Assembly: GCA_951406725.2 (NCBI GenBank)
Contig: OX597830.1
Location: forward strand, 32,302,001-32,366,000
DNA: 64,000 bases
Reading direction: 5' to 3'
DNA from: Octopus vulgaris
Lineage: Eukaryota
The notes beneath the pieces were generated by a model. That model was not told the origin of the DNA and ran no database searches. It saw only the letters and a list, made by a program, of their open reading frames with translations. The position numbers and the translations under genes are program-made. Every line of letters begins with the position of its first letter. Position 1 is the first letter of the stretch. This document shows positions 39,901 through 55,009 of the stretch, piece by piece.

Positions 39901-40659
39901 ACAACCACCACACCCACCACTGACACCAACACAAGCACCACCACTACCATCACCACCCCAACACCACTACCACCAACACCACCACCACCACCAATACCAC
40001 CACCAACACCACCACCATCAAAACAACCCCACCAACAAAACCACCACACCCACTACTGACACCAACACAAACACCAACACTACTACCACCACTACCATCA
40101 CCACTCCAACATCACCACCACCACCACCACCACCAACACCACCACCACCACCACCACTATCGACAGCAATGACATAAATAACTGTAAAATCAGCAATGAT
40201 AATAATGGTTTGAAATTTTGGCACAATGCCAGCAATATCAGGGAACAGGATATGTTGATTACACCGACATCAGTGTCTCACTGGTATTTATTTTATTGAC
40301 CCCGAAAGGATGTAAAGTAATGTCAACCACAGTGGAGTTTGAACTCAGAACATAAAGATAGACGAAATGCCGCTAAACACTTTTCTTGGCTCACTGTCTT
40401 TATGATGATCATAGTAATAATGATTTCATTTATTTGCCACAAGGGTGAAGAATGAGGAGGACGATACCGAGACAGACTTAAAGTGTGTGTGTGTGTGGGG
40501 GGGGTACATATAATGATGAAATAATATAAAAAAGAAATAACTATATATTATATTTACTGGAAAAAAAGGGACATATGCATAGTATACAGTGGTAAAAATA
40601 ATAATAATAATAATAATAATAACAACAACAAAAATGATGATGATGATGATGATGATGAA

Positions 40660-40707
<48 letters not shown>

Positions 40708-40708
<1 letters not shown>

Positions 40709-41265
40709 TGCCCTGATGCAGTACCAGGCAGTGGCTCTCATTGGCTTCTGATCTTAACTGATTGGAAGTGTTATCATGTACATTGTTTTGTCTTGGTATA
40801 AAAGATGGGCTACAGCAAATATTCTGCTCAATACCACAGATTTGCTTGTCAGTTGTTTGAATAAACCAGTTGAGCATGTCCCTTAGTGGCTGACGATATG
40901 TGCATCTCTGATCACGAGCAGAAGTAGTGGGGGAGCATCATAGCCATGTGTTGAGAGGGATTCTTTGGGGTTTGAATAGTTCACCTCTGGAAACATGGGT
41001 ATTTCTTTCAACATCCTTAAACAACCCTTATTCAGGGACCGTTTGAGCGGGATGGGCTACTCAACCTGAAGAAAATTCAAACTGGGCCCCACCTGCAAGG
41101 TCATGTGCTGTTTATCTTGATATGAGATCACCATGTCGCGCACATATGGTTGTGATGCATGTGCCTGGTGTACCTTTATCAGACGGGTAGTCATGATGGG
41201 TATATTGGGCTTCGTATATTTTACCCCAGTGTCACTTTGATGGCATGAACTGCTCTCTCACTCAA
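40708..41265 (+). mobile_element. Family F ~560-bp non-coding element inserted in (TAA)n (probably Dong/R4-mobilised)
   Basis: Bounded by (AAT)n on both sides in the same orientation as the Dong-like LINE target; three copies in the window; no ORF and no tRNA head. Confidence 0.78.
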
Positions 41266-41317
41266 TAATAATAATAATAATAATAATGATGATAATAGTA
41301 ATAATAATAATAATAAT

Positions 41318-41682
41318 AACAACACGAGAACTCAGAGAGCACAAAACCTCTGCCAAAGGCAACACCAACGTCCTCTCAACGATTAGCCTGATGATATTTA
41401 AAATGAGAATATCTGAAATAAACTCGAGTGCTCTCACAAATGAGAATACTAAAAATGAACCCGATCACTCTTAAAAATTAAGTAAAGAAACAGGAAAAGT
41501 AATCCAGAATTCTTGTTTGGTACCAGATCAATCCCAAAGTCTAATCAGTTCATGCCAGTCATGAAGCCAAACTTTACTGAAAGTTTCATCTGAATCCATC
41601 CAGTGGTTTTTGGGATTTCTTGTCCATGAACAAACAAATACAACTAACAACAAAACCTTTGCTTTCACTAAGGCGTAGGTAA
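41318..41682. mobile_element. Helentron-associated (HINE/DINE-1-like) non-autonomous element
   Basis: Subterminal inverted repeats ACCTCTGCC (near left end) / GGCGTAGGT (right end), (ACAA) tract near the right end, AAGTTTCAT..GAATCC motif, A/T-rich flanks. Confidence 0.6.
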
Positions 41683-42330
41683 TAATAAATTAAAATTTTG
41701 GCCCAAGGGCAGCAATTTTAGGGTAAGGTGAAATAGATTACATAAGCCTTGGTGTGCAACTGGTACATGTTTTACGGACCCCCAAAAGAACGAAAGGTAA
41801 AGTCAACCTTAGCAGAATTTGAACTCAGGACGTAAAGGTGGATGAAATACCACTAGGCATTTTACCCAGCATGCTAATTATTTTGCCAGCTCACTGCCTT
41901 ACAATGGTAATAACAACAACAACAGCAATAATAATAATAATAATAATAAAAACAATAGCAACATCATTTATAACAACAACAACAACAGCAACAATGATGG
42001 CAGATACAACAACAACACTTGCAACGACAATAAAAATTAAAATTAACAACAACAGCAACAACAACGACAGCAACAACCACAACAACAACAACAACAACAA
42101 CAACAAGCAAGTCACCTTTGCAAATTAAACCTCTTGATTAACTTGTCCAATTATGATTAACGAATGCTAATTCCCTCCACAACATGTCTATTTGGTATTG
42201 TTTCTGTAGTTATCGTAATTGATTTGCTGCTTAGTTGGTGATCATCTGATCATCATAAATATTGTTGTTGTTGCTATTGATGTTGTTTTTGCTGTTGTTG
42301 TTGTTGTTGTTGTTTGTGTTGCTTTTGTCA

Positions 42331-42872
42331 TTAACCCTTTCGTATTCGGATTTTTGCTGTCATATGTAATGCTTATTTTATTCACATTGTTTTTAATTAA
42401 TTATGGACCATATCATGTGAAGGTGCGTGGCTTAGTGGTTAGGGGCATTCAGCTCACGGTCATAAGGTCATAAGTTCAATTCTTGGCTGTGCCTTGTGTA
42501 CTTGAGCAAGACACTTTAGTTCTCATTGCTCCAGGTTCACTAAGCTGGCAAAAACGAATTGTATCTGTGATTCAAAGTAGCTAGCCTTGTCACATTCTGT
42601 GTCACACCAAATCTCCCCGAGAACTACGTTAAGGGTACACGTCTGTGGAGTACTCAGCCACTTGCACGCTAATTTCATGAGCACGCTGTTCCATTGATCG
42701 GCTCAACTGGAACCCTCATAATCATAACCATCAGAGTGCCATTATATCATCTCCTAACTTTGAGAGATTTAGATAATGTGATTGTTTACTTTTAGAATGG
42801 CATTGTAGGGTAGGTGTGAGAAGCCAGATCTGACTAGTTTGAACATAGAACAGATACACAATTCAGGTCGTA
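42331..42872. mobile_element. TTAA/CCC-ended piggyBac-like MITE with nested SINE
   Basis: Starts TTAACCCTTT; interrupted by the SINE at 42420-42740; right part homologous to 57680-57830, which ends AAAGGTTAA. Confidence 0.6.
42420..42740 (+). mobile_element. tRNA-derived SINE family E
   Basis: GCGTGGCTTAGTGGTTAGG A-box, AGTTCAATTC B-box-like, CTTGAGCAAGACACTT block shared with family C but a different 3' half. Confidence 0.78.
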
Positions 42873-43699
42873 TATACTCTTTCACTCTTTTACTTGCTTC
42901 AGTCATTTGACTGTTGCCATGCTGGAGCACCACCTTTAGTCGAGCAAACCGACCCCAGGACTTATTCTTTGTAAGCCTAGTACTTATTCTGTCGGTCTCT
43001 TTTGCCAAACTGCTAAGTTACGGGTATGTAAACACACCAGCATCAGCTGTCAAGTGATATTAGGAGGACAAACACAGACACACAAACATATACATACACA
43101 CACACACACACTCACACACACACATATATATACATATATACATCAGGCTTCTTTCCCATCTATATAATTCATTGATATTTCATACACATTCACATTTGAT
43201 ACTATGCTTTCATAAAATTAAAAAATTAAATATCTATTATTGCAATTCACTAGAAAAGGATAAATATGCTTTAATCAGTGATCTCCAACTGGGAATTTTC
43301 GAAAAATTTATCATAATTTCCAAAATAATTCACATATGAAGAAAATTTAAATACTATATACTATTTTAACTCCTAAGACACCTGGCAAAACCAAAAAAGA
43401 AAAGGAATAAAAAATTTGGCGGTTAATGGGTTAAATTCACTGCTTAAGAACAGAAATAGCTATTCTAATGAGTTTTTCCACAATGCTCATCTTTTCCAAA
43501 TTCCACATTCATGAAACACCTTTATCCATTGTACTCTTGGTGAGTTTGAACCCGAAATTGCATACTTAGAAAATGAACCTCTTAACCACTTAGTCATGCC
43601 TGTACTTACCAGTATTGTTTTATTGATTCCAAAATGGTAAATGTAGATTCAACTTTTGTAGAATTTGAATGTTTGTATTCAATCAATATCAGAACACAG

Positions 43700-44870
43700 T
43701 TTAGAAAAAATAACCTTCGATCTTGTGTAATTGCATTCTTTTACAATATACAAAAATTTAGGAAAGTTTTCAACCCAAATTCACTCAAAATAAGCTATTC
43801 AACACCAACAAACTTAACTAATGCACTATAAACTATTAGTGATTATTTTTTATGCAATGAGTAATTGTAATAACTGGAAATAATGTAGTATTAGCAGTAT
43901 AAAAAACAACTCTAATTCACTGAATAACTGCCCAGTAAATGGCAATTTTCCTGAAAAACCAGTTATCTTTGCAAATACTATCACATCTGAAATAAATTAG
44001 AATAGAATAAATTATATCAGCATAACAGCAAATCAGTTCAAAAGTAGATATATCCAGCATTAATACACATTTAGAACACTATATAGAAAATTGTGAATAA
44101 AATTAAGCAATATATATATATATTATGGTTGTTTCAAAATAACTTAGGGGTAATATTAATTGTCATCTATTAGACAAAGCAATGTCATATACACAATCTT
44201 TGTATACTTTATCCACAAATGAGGACATTCATGCTATGTTGGCGAAAATACCATCTTATATATCATAAGGTTGACCTACCAATGATATTTAAAAATATGA
44301 AGAAACCATGAAATATCTATTATATACAACTTTACAATATTCTAAATATTTTAAAGATTATAAATACAGTGAGAAAAACTTTCAATTAAAAAGTAACTAT
44401 CCTAGCCTTTCCATATCAACAGCACAAAATAGATGAATATAAATGAAATACTTTCATTTTACTTGCTGTGAACGGATACACAGAATAGATACAAAATTTT
44501 TTCCCAAAAATTTACGCATTTTGTGATCCCAGTTGAACACATACCTGCACACACATTTAAACTATAATCACAATTGACCCCATTATGTAACAGAGAATGA
44601 CAAACAGCATCTAAGAAAAATACGAAGCATAACAATTGAGTTATAAGCAGTTTTTATAATGAATTACAATATCCAAATAATTTAAGTGGAATCTTATACC
44701 TTGCACCATATATAATCTGAAGAGCCATGCGATGGCAAAACTTCAACTTTGTGATGCGAATATATAATATCGAGTTAATTGACAAAAATACACTGCACTC
44801 TGCAAGAGAACGTCAAGTTGTTTTTTTATCTTTTGACTTATAATTGCTGTAACTTCATATTGCACGTTCA
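43700..44870 (+). mobile_element. Highly decayed Penelope-like element 3' end (Naiad/Chlamys-like GIY-YIG) with degenerate hammerhead in the pLTR
   Basis: KFRKVFNPNSLKISYS; NCPVNGN..KPVIF...NYISITANQFKSRYIQH*YTFR (VIY..YIG..FK.RY..H pattern); CTGAAGA-GCCAT-GCG-ATGGC-AAAAC at 44717-44741; ends at (TA)n. Confidence 0.7.
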
Positions 44871-44898
44871 CAGAGACACACACATGCAAATACAGGAG

Positions 44899-44976
<78 letters not shown>

Positions 44977-45254
44977 CACATACATATATACAAACACACA
45001 TATATATATATATATATATACGTATTTCTATATTTATATATATGTATATATATATATATATATGTATGTATATATATATGTATGTATATATATATATATA
45101 AATATGTATACATATACATATATATACCTACATGTACATATGTGTATATGCGTATTAATATGATTGCTATTTTTCAAATTAATAACCTTAAATCTGAAGG
45201 GGAAACATTTTTTCTCAATATATATTTATTTATATATATATATGTGTTTGTGCA

Positions 45255-45285
<31 letters not shown>

Positions 45286-45369
45286 ATCTATCTATCTATA
45301 TCCATATATATATATATATATGTGTGTGTGTGTTTATATGTATGTATGTATGTATCTATCTATCTATAT

Positions 45370-45421
<52 letters not shown>

Positions 45422-45668
45422 CGTGTTGTCTTGATTGGTTTTTGCTTTTTTATCAAATGACATCAGGTGTCTTATTGTGAAATATGCACAGAGCATGAGG
45501 AGACGGAATTTTGAAACTAGGTGCCTTCATTTCTATATTATTAACTATATTATTACTATAATTTTTTCCTCTATATTTTACATGCTACGACAGAGAAATT
45601 ATTAACAATGCTGTAATTACACATACAATGTATACAGTCAAATATACCTACACACACTAATGCTAACT

Positions 45669-45710
<42 letters not shown>

Positions 45711-46537
45711 TCACACACACACTTGTGCCTGCTTACATTAATTTGCACAACACACATATACATGCTCACACAAACACGCACATACACACATACTAACAAG
45801 AACTCATTGATATCACATCTCCTTATGCATACACACAATTGTGCATGCTTACATGAATTTGCACATACTCATGCATACACAGAGACAGAAATATGCATAC
45901 ACATTCATGTATACATGTGCACACACATGCACTAACCTACACATATATATATATATATATAAAACCACAGATGAGCATGGTTACACACACACATATACAC
46001 TAACCTACATGTATGTATATAAGACCAATATGCATGCTTACAAACACACGCAGGCATACATGCATACACATGTACACACGGACACACACAGACACACACT
46101 AACCTACATATATATACAGGCAGAGGAGTGGCTGTGTGGTAAGAAGCTTGCTTCCCAACCACAAGGTTCCAGGTTCAGTCCCACTGTGTGGCACATTGAG
46201 CAAGTGTCTTCTATTATAGCCTCGGGCTGACCAAAGCCTTGAGTGGATTTGGTAGATGGAAACTGAAAGAAGCCCGTTGTATATATGTATATATATATAC
46301 ACATGTGTATGTATGTGTGTGTGTGTAATATATATGTATATATATAACCCATTGACATGTATGCATGCAAACACACACATTCACATACCTGCGTGCATGT
46401 ATGCACACACACGCACACACGCATGCAAACACACACACGCATAGTGACACACACACACTCCTGAATTCTGTTGCCAAAAGTTGGCAGCACTCCTTTGAAA
46501 CATGAATTTTTACATGTGGTGGTGGTGGTGGTGGTGG

Positions 46538-46571
<34 letters not shown>

Positions 46572-46737
46572 AATGATGGTGGTGATGATGATAATGATGA
46601 TGATGGTAGTGGATGATGATGACGATGATCATGATCTTTGTGTTCCATGCTGGCATGGTTCAGATAATTGAACAGCAGGATCCAATAGTTTTCCTCAACC
46701 TCAGTTCCTCTAATTCTTCCCTTGTCACTGCCTCCTC

Positions 46738-46964
46738 TCTGTCCATCCATCCGTCCATCAACCCGTCTGTCCATCCAACCATCCACTGACTTGTCCATCC
46801 ACCTACCCAATCATCCATCCATCCACCAACCACTTTGACCATCCATCTATCCATCTATTGACTTATCCATTATTTTCAAAATTAATTGGAAAAAAGGCGG
46901 AATATTTCAATAGAAATATGGAAACAAAAGAGTTAAAGTGATCAAAATCTCATGTTAATTTGTA
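46738..46964. repeat. Left copy of inverted duplication (partner 52277-52519)
   Basis: Near-identical reverse complement, differing mainly by GATC/GGAT slippage. Confidence 0.92.
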
Positions 46965-47844
46965 TTCCAAACCCCAGATTAACTTTAGCAAAGTTATTTT
47001 ACTAAATTCTTTATTATTTTCACAATTAATAGAAACACCAGAAACGGAGTCAAAATTATTGAAAAGGTTGCAAGGCACAACGAAAATTTTAGAAAAGTAA
47101 AAAAGAAATAAGTAAAAATTTTACTGGTGAGTGTGTTAAATTATAAGGCACCAAAAGAGAATGACTCTCCTCAGACACAACAGAATATGCTTCAACACAT
47201 GAACTCACATAAAGAATCTTGCAAACCAAATCCAAAAACGAAACAGAAATGGAGTTCTATATCTAATTCATGGTCTACTTTTGTTCTCAACAAGCAATAC
47301 TAAACACACACACAAACACACGTTTGGACCAATATGTGATTGTGTGTGATTAGCACCAATATATGATTGTGTCTTTTACGCTCCAGGAATGGTACATAGA
47401 CAAGAGATAATACCTGATGGCTGTACAAAATGCAAGGGGAATAATTATACATACACAGTACTAAAACAATACAATGCAAACAGAAAAAAGGGCCTTTTCA
47501 GCTATCAAGACAGGCGTAGTGAGGTAGTCCAAAGAAAATGGAGTAAGTCCTTGATGGACAGAACACAAATAATGTGTCTGGCTGGGTCAACAACAGGCTG
47601 GAAAAGAATTACGTGTTTTGATTGGACACCGGTCACGTGATAGGAGAGAGAAAGAGTGGTGGAGAGACTTAGGGATGAGAGAGGAAAAGGGAGAGGCAGA
47701 AGAGTAAAAGAGAGGTAAGTATATATGTGTCGTGATTAATAATAAATTCTCGTGTATTCCATCTTCCATCTTTCCATATATATATATATATATATATATA
47801 CACATTTATAATTATGTGTTTGCTTTATATATGTGATATATGTG

Positions 47845-47896
<52 letters not shown>

Positions 47897-47971
47897 GTAT
47901 AGATATATACTTATATATTATATGTATATAAATATGTATGTATGCATGCATATATGTGTGTGTGTGTACAT

Positions 47972-48025
<54 letters not shown>

Positions 48026-48547
48026 GTGTGTGTGTATACACACACACATATATGTATATATATATGCATATAAATATTTATATATATCTGTTTACACTAC
48101 ATACAGATATACATGCGGACATACCATATTAGTCCAACCCCTGCCAGCATGGAGCATGGACTTGAAATAATTTTGATGAGGATGATAATGATGATAATGA
48201 TGATGATGATACACACACACACACACACACATATAAATGCCTGAAAATTAATTTGTATGTGAGTGCGTGTGTTTGTGGGTGGGTGTGGGTGTGTGGGTGT
48301 ATGTAGATGTGTGAGCAAAATATGTATCCACGTAAATGAAGTAACTTCTTCAACACTATTTATTCTTCAACAGAAATGTTGACATCGGCTTCAAATTATA
48401 CATATTGACATGGATATGTGTATGTGTGTGTGTATGTATGTGTGTGTGTATGCATGGGTTTCTACATATATATATATATACATATCTCTATCCATATATC
48501 TATATCCATATATATATATATATACATATCTATATCTATATATGCAT

Positions 48548-48639
<92 letters not shown>

Positions 48640-48772
48640 GGATATATCTATATCCATATATATATATATATATATTTGATACATACTCACATGCATGAAG
48701 CTATATAAATGCATGTATATTTTCCTCCTGTTATATACACACTCATATATAAAGCATACACATAGTTATAAA

Positions 48773-48825
<53 letters not shown>

Positions 48826-49412
48826 TAATATATATATCATAATATATATATCATAATATATTTGTGACTAATTAAATATGTATGTATGCATCTAAAGACA
48901 TGTGTACATCATAATATGTTAATTATTCATACATGAAGGCTAATATAATTATATATCTATATATTTACAATATGCCTATGTACATACATATATATATGTG
49001 TGTGTATGTGTATGCATATATGTATATATATATATATGTGTGTGTCTATATATGTATATATGTGTGTATTTATATATATATACGCACACACATACATATA
49101 TACATATATAAGTATACATGCGCACACATACACACACACACCCACCCATGTAAAGGTATATGTGGGGACATGGGGGTATATACAGAGAGAATTATATTAA
49201 GATAAAGACAATGAGAAAACGGGGGGAAGGGTTGGGACGGAAAAGTATATATTATACGTACATGCTTATAGACCTACTTACACACATGCACACACATACG
49301 TACATATGCATGTATATGTATGCATACATATACATACACACACATATATATATATACATATATACATTACAGACCTCCACATACTGATATCCCCCAAACC
49401 TTCCATACACAT

Positions 49413-49449
<37 letters not shown>

Positions 49450-49549
49450 CACGCATATCTTTACACCTGTATAATTATATCCTCCGTTAATGGCTATTAA
49501 TCAAGAATGTTCGACAGGAAATTCGAAAAGTAATTGGTTTCCTTCACCC

Positions 49550-49588
<39 letters not shown>

Positions 49589-50674
49589 ACTGATTCTTCT
49601 CTTCTCTTTCTGCTTCTCTCTCTCTCGCTCTCTCTCTCGCTCTCTCTCTTTCTTTTTTTTACTTTTACACTGTCTCTCTAGAACCATTCTGAACCCTGTA
49701 TATTCCTGTCTTTTTATCCGTCATTCAGTCTCCCCCCTCTCTGTCTCTTATATAGTCTCTCTATCTGTCTTTCCATCTCCTTCTCTCTCTGTCTCTTTTA
49801 TATACTCTCACTGTCTCTCTTTTACATATGCTCTCTCTCTGTCTCTCTTTTATATATTCTCTCTCTCTGTCTTTCCATCTCTCTTTCTTGCATTCTTTCA
49901 CTTTCTCTCTCTTACTGATAAGCTCTCACTCTCTCTCTCTCTCTCTTGCTTTCTCTCACTTTTTCTCTCTTACTGACAGGTTCTCTCTTTCTCTCTAGCT
50001 CTCTCTCACTTTCTTTCTTTTCTACTGACAAGCTCTCTCTCACTTTCTCTCTGTTTCACTCTCTCTCTCACTTTCTCTCTCCTTCTCTCTCTCTCTCTCT
50101 CTTACTGACAGGCTCTCGCTCCCCCTCTCTTTGTATTTCAGTTCCTTGTTTCTCTCCCTCCCCTTCTTCACTCCTTATTCTTTTTTCAGCTTTTCACACT
50201 CTTCATTTTTTTCTTTCCTTCTAATCCTTCTCCCCTCACTCTCTCCCTCTATCTCCCTCTCCCTCTCTCTCCCTCTCCCTCTCTCTCCCTCTCTCTCTCT
50301 TTACTCACATCTTATATTGGCTCTCACTCTGTCTGCCTGTCTGTCAGTCTGTCTGTGTTCATGTGTGTCTTTCTGTAAGTCTGTCAATTTGTCTGTCTGT
50401 CTGTCTCTCCTCTTTTTACTTCTGCTAATTACGTCTTCCTAAAAACACCCCACTCTTCTCCCCTTTTTACGTTTCCTTCTCACATTTCTACTCCCTCGCC
50501 CTTTCTCCCCTTTACACACATACACACACACACACGCATACACACATGCACACACTCACACACACATATCCACTCTCACGTTTTTCTTCTTGCTCTCTCT
50601 CTTCTCTACTTTCATACTGCTTTCTGAATCCTTTACTCTCTCTCTTCTCCAGTCTCTCTGTCTCTCCATCTCTC

Positions 50675-50721
<47 letters not shown>

Positions 50722-50730
50722 CTTCAGTTA
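49550..50730. repeat. ~1.2-kb (CT)-rich polypyrimidine low-complexity tract
   Basis: Direct inspection. Confidence 0.85.
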
Positions 50731-52276
50731 TCTCTGTTTGCATATGTAGATACAATTGTATGTAAATTTATGTTTGTGTATATGTCAGTGTATGCTTGTG
50801 TGTGTGTGTGTATGTTTGCATGTGTGTTTGTGTATGGTTGAAACCGCTGTATGGATTTTACATCATTATCATCATCATCATCATCATTATCATCACCATT
50901 GTTTTAACATCTACATTTCCATGCTGGTATGAGTCAGACAAAGCTTACTGTGACAATTTGTCTTACAGATGAATGCTCTTCCTATCACCAACATTAGTTT
51001 CTTTCCCAGTAAAACTCTATACTGCTGAGTTCAGTAAAAAAATGTACATCCTAAAAGATGGACATGATTCAACTGCAGACATCAGCAATGACACCTTCAT
51101 ATAGCTGGCGGTTCTGGTTTTATGCAGTATGCAGATAACATCAAAGCAATAGGAAAACAAAGGCACGCACTATGTATGTGTGTGCATGTGTGTTTCTGTA
51201 TAAGTGCTTGTATGGCAGTAGGAGACATAGTACTTTATCTGGAAACAGGTGAAGGTTAGAGACAGGCAAGACATCCAGTAGTAGATGCGAAAGATTTGGA
51301 GTAAAATGGGAAGAATTAGTAAAAAGTCAATTTGAAGATACAGAGCTGATGATAACTGACCACAGCAATTGAGGCAATACAACACAAGGAAAGCTGCTCT
51401 CTTGAACAATCATGGCATAAACTACATTAACATGTCAATCTCTCCATAGTTTCTCTGCCAAGGCTATTGTCTCTTCTTTTCTCCTCCGCTCTTTTCTTCT
51501 TCACTCTCTTTCTCTCTCTCCACTTCTCTCCTTTCCAGCCTCTTGTCACTGTGGTACACTGTAGCTTCTGCAACATATCTACTGAGGAGGTTGGTAGCAT
51601 TCCATGGGCAATGCTTTCATGTAGGTGGAACTTTTGGGTCTGTTGTATAAGCTTGTAGAGGTTCTAATCATCCAAGCATGTGTGGCAAACACAAGGGCTA
51701 CCTCAGGCAACACACACTCCAGCTACATCTCCTTCCAGCCTTTCTATGTCTTATTTCTCTTGCACTACTTTTCCTCAACCTCACTTCCTCTAACGCTCCC
51801 CTTGTCACTGCCTCCCTGTCGAGGATGCTATCACAACAATCATTATGCACTCTCCATTTCCACCCCTAAGATAAATTCCAGCTCCTCTTGAGTACCACAT
51901 CTTTGGTGTCCTTTAATCTTTCTCTCCACCACACCCATCCTATAGTCTCCACCACACTCTTCCTTGCTGGGGTACTTTTTCTGCATTCTTACTCCTTCCA
52001 CCCTACCTTCTATAGTACCCTCCAACCTCTCTTTCTCCCACTTACTCTCACTGCATTCCCCCACACCACTTTTCCACCTTCTGTCTCCTTCTTCTCACTG
52101 TAATCTCTCCAACAGCTTCTCTTTGAGTATTCTATTAACATTCTATAAGGGTTGGTTTTATACTACACTGTCTCCCTTGGGGTTTATAGTCTTGCTACCT
52201 ATACTCTCCACCAGGTGGTGGTGTTGGTGGTGGTGGTGGTGGTAGAAATGGAGAGTACAGACTGGATGTTGAGGAT

Positions 52277-52900
52277 TACAAATTAACATGAAATTTTGAT
52301 CACTTTAACTCTTTTGTTTCCATATTTCTATTGAAATATTCCGCCTTTTTTCCAATTAATTTTGAAAATAATGGATCGATCGATCGATAAGTCAATAGAT
52401 GGATAGATGGATGGATGGTCAAAGTGGTTGGTGGATGGATGGATGAATGGGTAGGTGGATGGACAAGTCAGTGGATGGTTGGATGGACAGACGGGTTGAT
52501 GGACGGATGGATGGACAGACGGGTTGATGGAAAGGGTTGATGGATAGATGGACGATGGATGGATGGATGGATGGATGGATGGACAGACAGACAAGTTGAT
52601 GAATAGATGGACGGATGGATAGATGGATGGATGGTCAAAGTGGTTGGTGGATGGATGGAAGAATGGGTAGGTGGATGGACAAGTCAATGGATGGATGGAT
52701 GGACGAATAGGTTGATGAATAGATGGATGGATGAATGGATGGATGGATGGATGGATGGTCAAAGTGGTTGGTGGATGGATGGACAAATGGGTAGGTGGTT
52801 GGACAAGTCAATGGATGGGTGGATGGATGAATAGGCAGATGGAGGGACAGAGTAGTGGGTGGATGGGAAGATAGACAAATGGGTGGATGGTTGAACAAAT
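52277..52900. repeat. Right copy of inverted duplication continuing into (GGAT)n with block duplications
   Basis: 52277-52519 mirrors 46738-46964; GGTCAAAGTGGTTGGTGGATGG recurs at ~52417, 52633 and 52757. Confidence 0.88.
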
Positions 52901-52994
52901 GGATGAATGTGGCTTGGTTTGTCTAACAAAATTGCTTGGAAGAAGGGAAAAAGGCATTCCCTTATTGCTTGGAGAGAGGGAAAATGGCACCCCC

Positions 52995-53624
52995 TGGGGT
53001 GAGTGAAGGATAAGAGACGTTATAGTATGACTGAAAGCATGGGGAGGGGAATCAGCATGGGCAGTAGCAAAATATCTTCATGTAATACAACACAGACATT
53101 TAAATGGATAGGGTTTTCCTAAGGATGTGGGCAGTACTTGTTAGCACAAACGTTTGGATTTCTCTGAGACATGGTTCTCCTGGGATATTATCTAGATGTT
53201 TCTGACATCCCCTTTTTATCATACCTAGAGCACCTACATTTACATTCATGCCAAACTTTTAAAGCCATGTTGGTACTTGAGTGCTGATACTTCCAAGTGT
53301 GCCATGATTATTACTATTATTATTCAGTAGTTTTATTTTTATAGCATGCTTTCACTTCCCTACCAAGCGCAGCTCTGTGTGCCTTGGGTATGTGCTGAGG
53401 TTTGCTGTGATGCTTTTATGGTTACTGTATTGAAAGTGTTTTGCATAGGATGTATGCAGTGCCCAGTAGTGCAATTCTCTGTGTCATTATATATATTTGT
53501 AAATCCTGAAGCTTTTTGCTATGTATTTGTCTGAATATTTTTTTATCATACCTAATGCACCCACTATGATAAGAATTGTTTCTGTATTTAGATTCCACAT
53601 TTGAGTTACCTCTATTTCCAGGTC

Positions 53625-53625
<1 letters not shown>
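52995..53625 (-). mobile_element. Two R4/Dong-like LINE 3' fragments next to a (TTA/TCA)n tract (53626-54055)
   Basis: Minus strand KDLEIEVTQMWNLNTETILIIVGALGMIKK (53490-53625) and KYQHGF..GALGMIK..IPGEPCLREIQ..TAHILRK (53100-53280). Confidence 0.78.
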
Positions 53626-53689
<64 letters not shown>

Positions 53690-53754
53690 CATTATTATTA
53701 TTATCATTATTATTGTTATTATTATTATTATCATTATTATTATTATCATTATTA

Positions 53755-53806
<52 letters not shown>

Positions 53807-53871
53807 CATTATTATTATCATTATTATTGTTATTATTATTATTATCATTATTATTATTATCATTATTATTG

Positions 53872-53926
<55 letters not shown>

Positions 53927-53974
53927 TATTATTATCATCATCACCATCATCATCATCATCATCACCATCATCAA

Positions 53975-54030
<56 letters not shown>

Positions 54031-55009
54031 ACATCATCATCATCATCATCATTATTTTGGCAGTGAGCAGGCAGAATCGTTAGCTCACTGAGTAAAAGGC
54101 TTAACAGCATCTTATACGTCTTTACATTCTGAGTTCAAGTACTGCCAAGGTCAACTTTGCTTTTCATCCTTTTAGGGTCGATCAAACAAGCACCAGCTAA
54201 AAACCATTGGGGTTGATGTAATCGACTTACCTCTTTCTCTAAAACTGCTGGCCTTGTGCCAAAATTTGAAACTCATTACAAAGCTGAGTGACGATGAGTA
54301 AGCAAGGAATTAACAAAGCCCAACAATATTCCACTGCAATGCTTCGTTAAAATTAAATAAGAAAATTACGAAACGGAAATGAAGATTGACCAGCTGAATA
54401 AATTTTTGATTGACAACATGGAATATCTGTTTGAAAAGAGAACAGCATTTCTCTTGCATTTAATTATATTTTATTCTAAGTTTGAAATTCTATTTAAGTT
54501 CTTAAAAAATTTATTTATTCTTTATTTAATTTTAATTTGTACTTCTTAAAGATTAGACTCTTTCTGGCAATGTTATTTTTCTTCATTTTTGGTGGCAGTG
54601 GGGATGTTGGTGGTGGTTGTAGTGGTGGTTATAGTTTATTGTTTCTTTAATTATTTGCAGGCATGGCTGTGTGGTAAGAAGCATGCATACACACACATGT
54701 ATACATATACGCACATGCATACATACATACCCACATACATACATATGTACATGCTTGCATGCATAGGCACACACACACACACACACACACACACTGACCC
54801 ACACACACACATGTGCACAAACAAACAAAAAGTAACGCAGTGTAAATAATGGACAGAGTCAAGACTATTGAAAAGGTTACAAGACGCAATGAAAATTTTA
54901 GGAAAATAAAAATAAGAAATAAGTAGAAATTTTACCAGTGAGTGTGTTAAATGATAAGGCACAAAAAGAAAATGACTCTCTCCAGACACAACAGAATGTG
55001 AATAAATAT

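Noticed and set aside
41386-41425. CTGATGA...GAAA inside the Helentron-like element
   Set aside because: No stem III, UH site or closing stem I.
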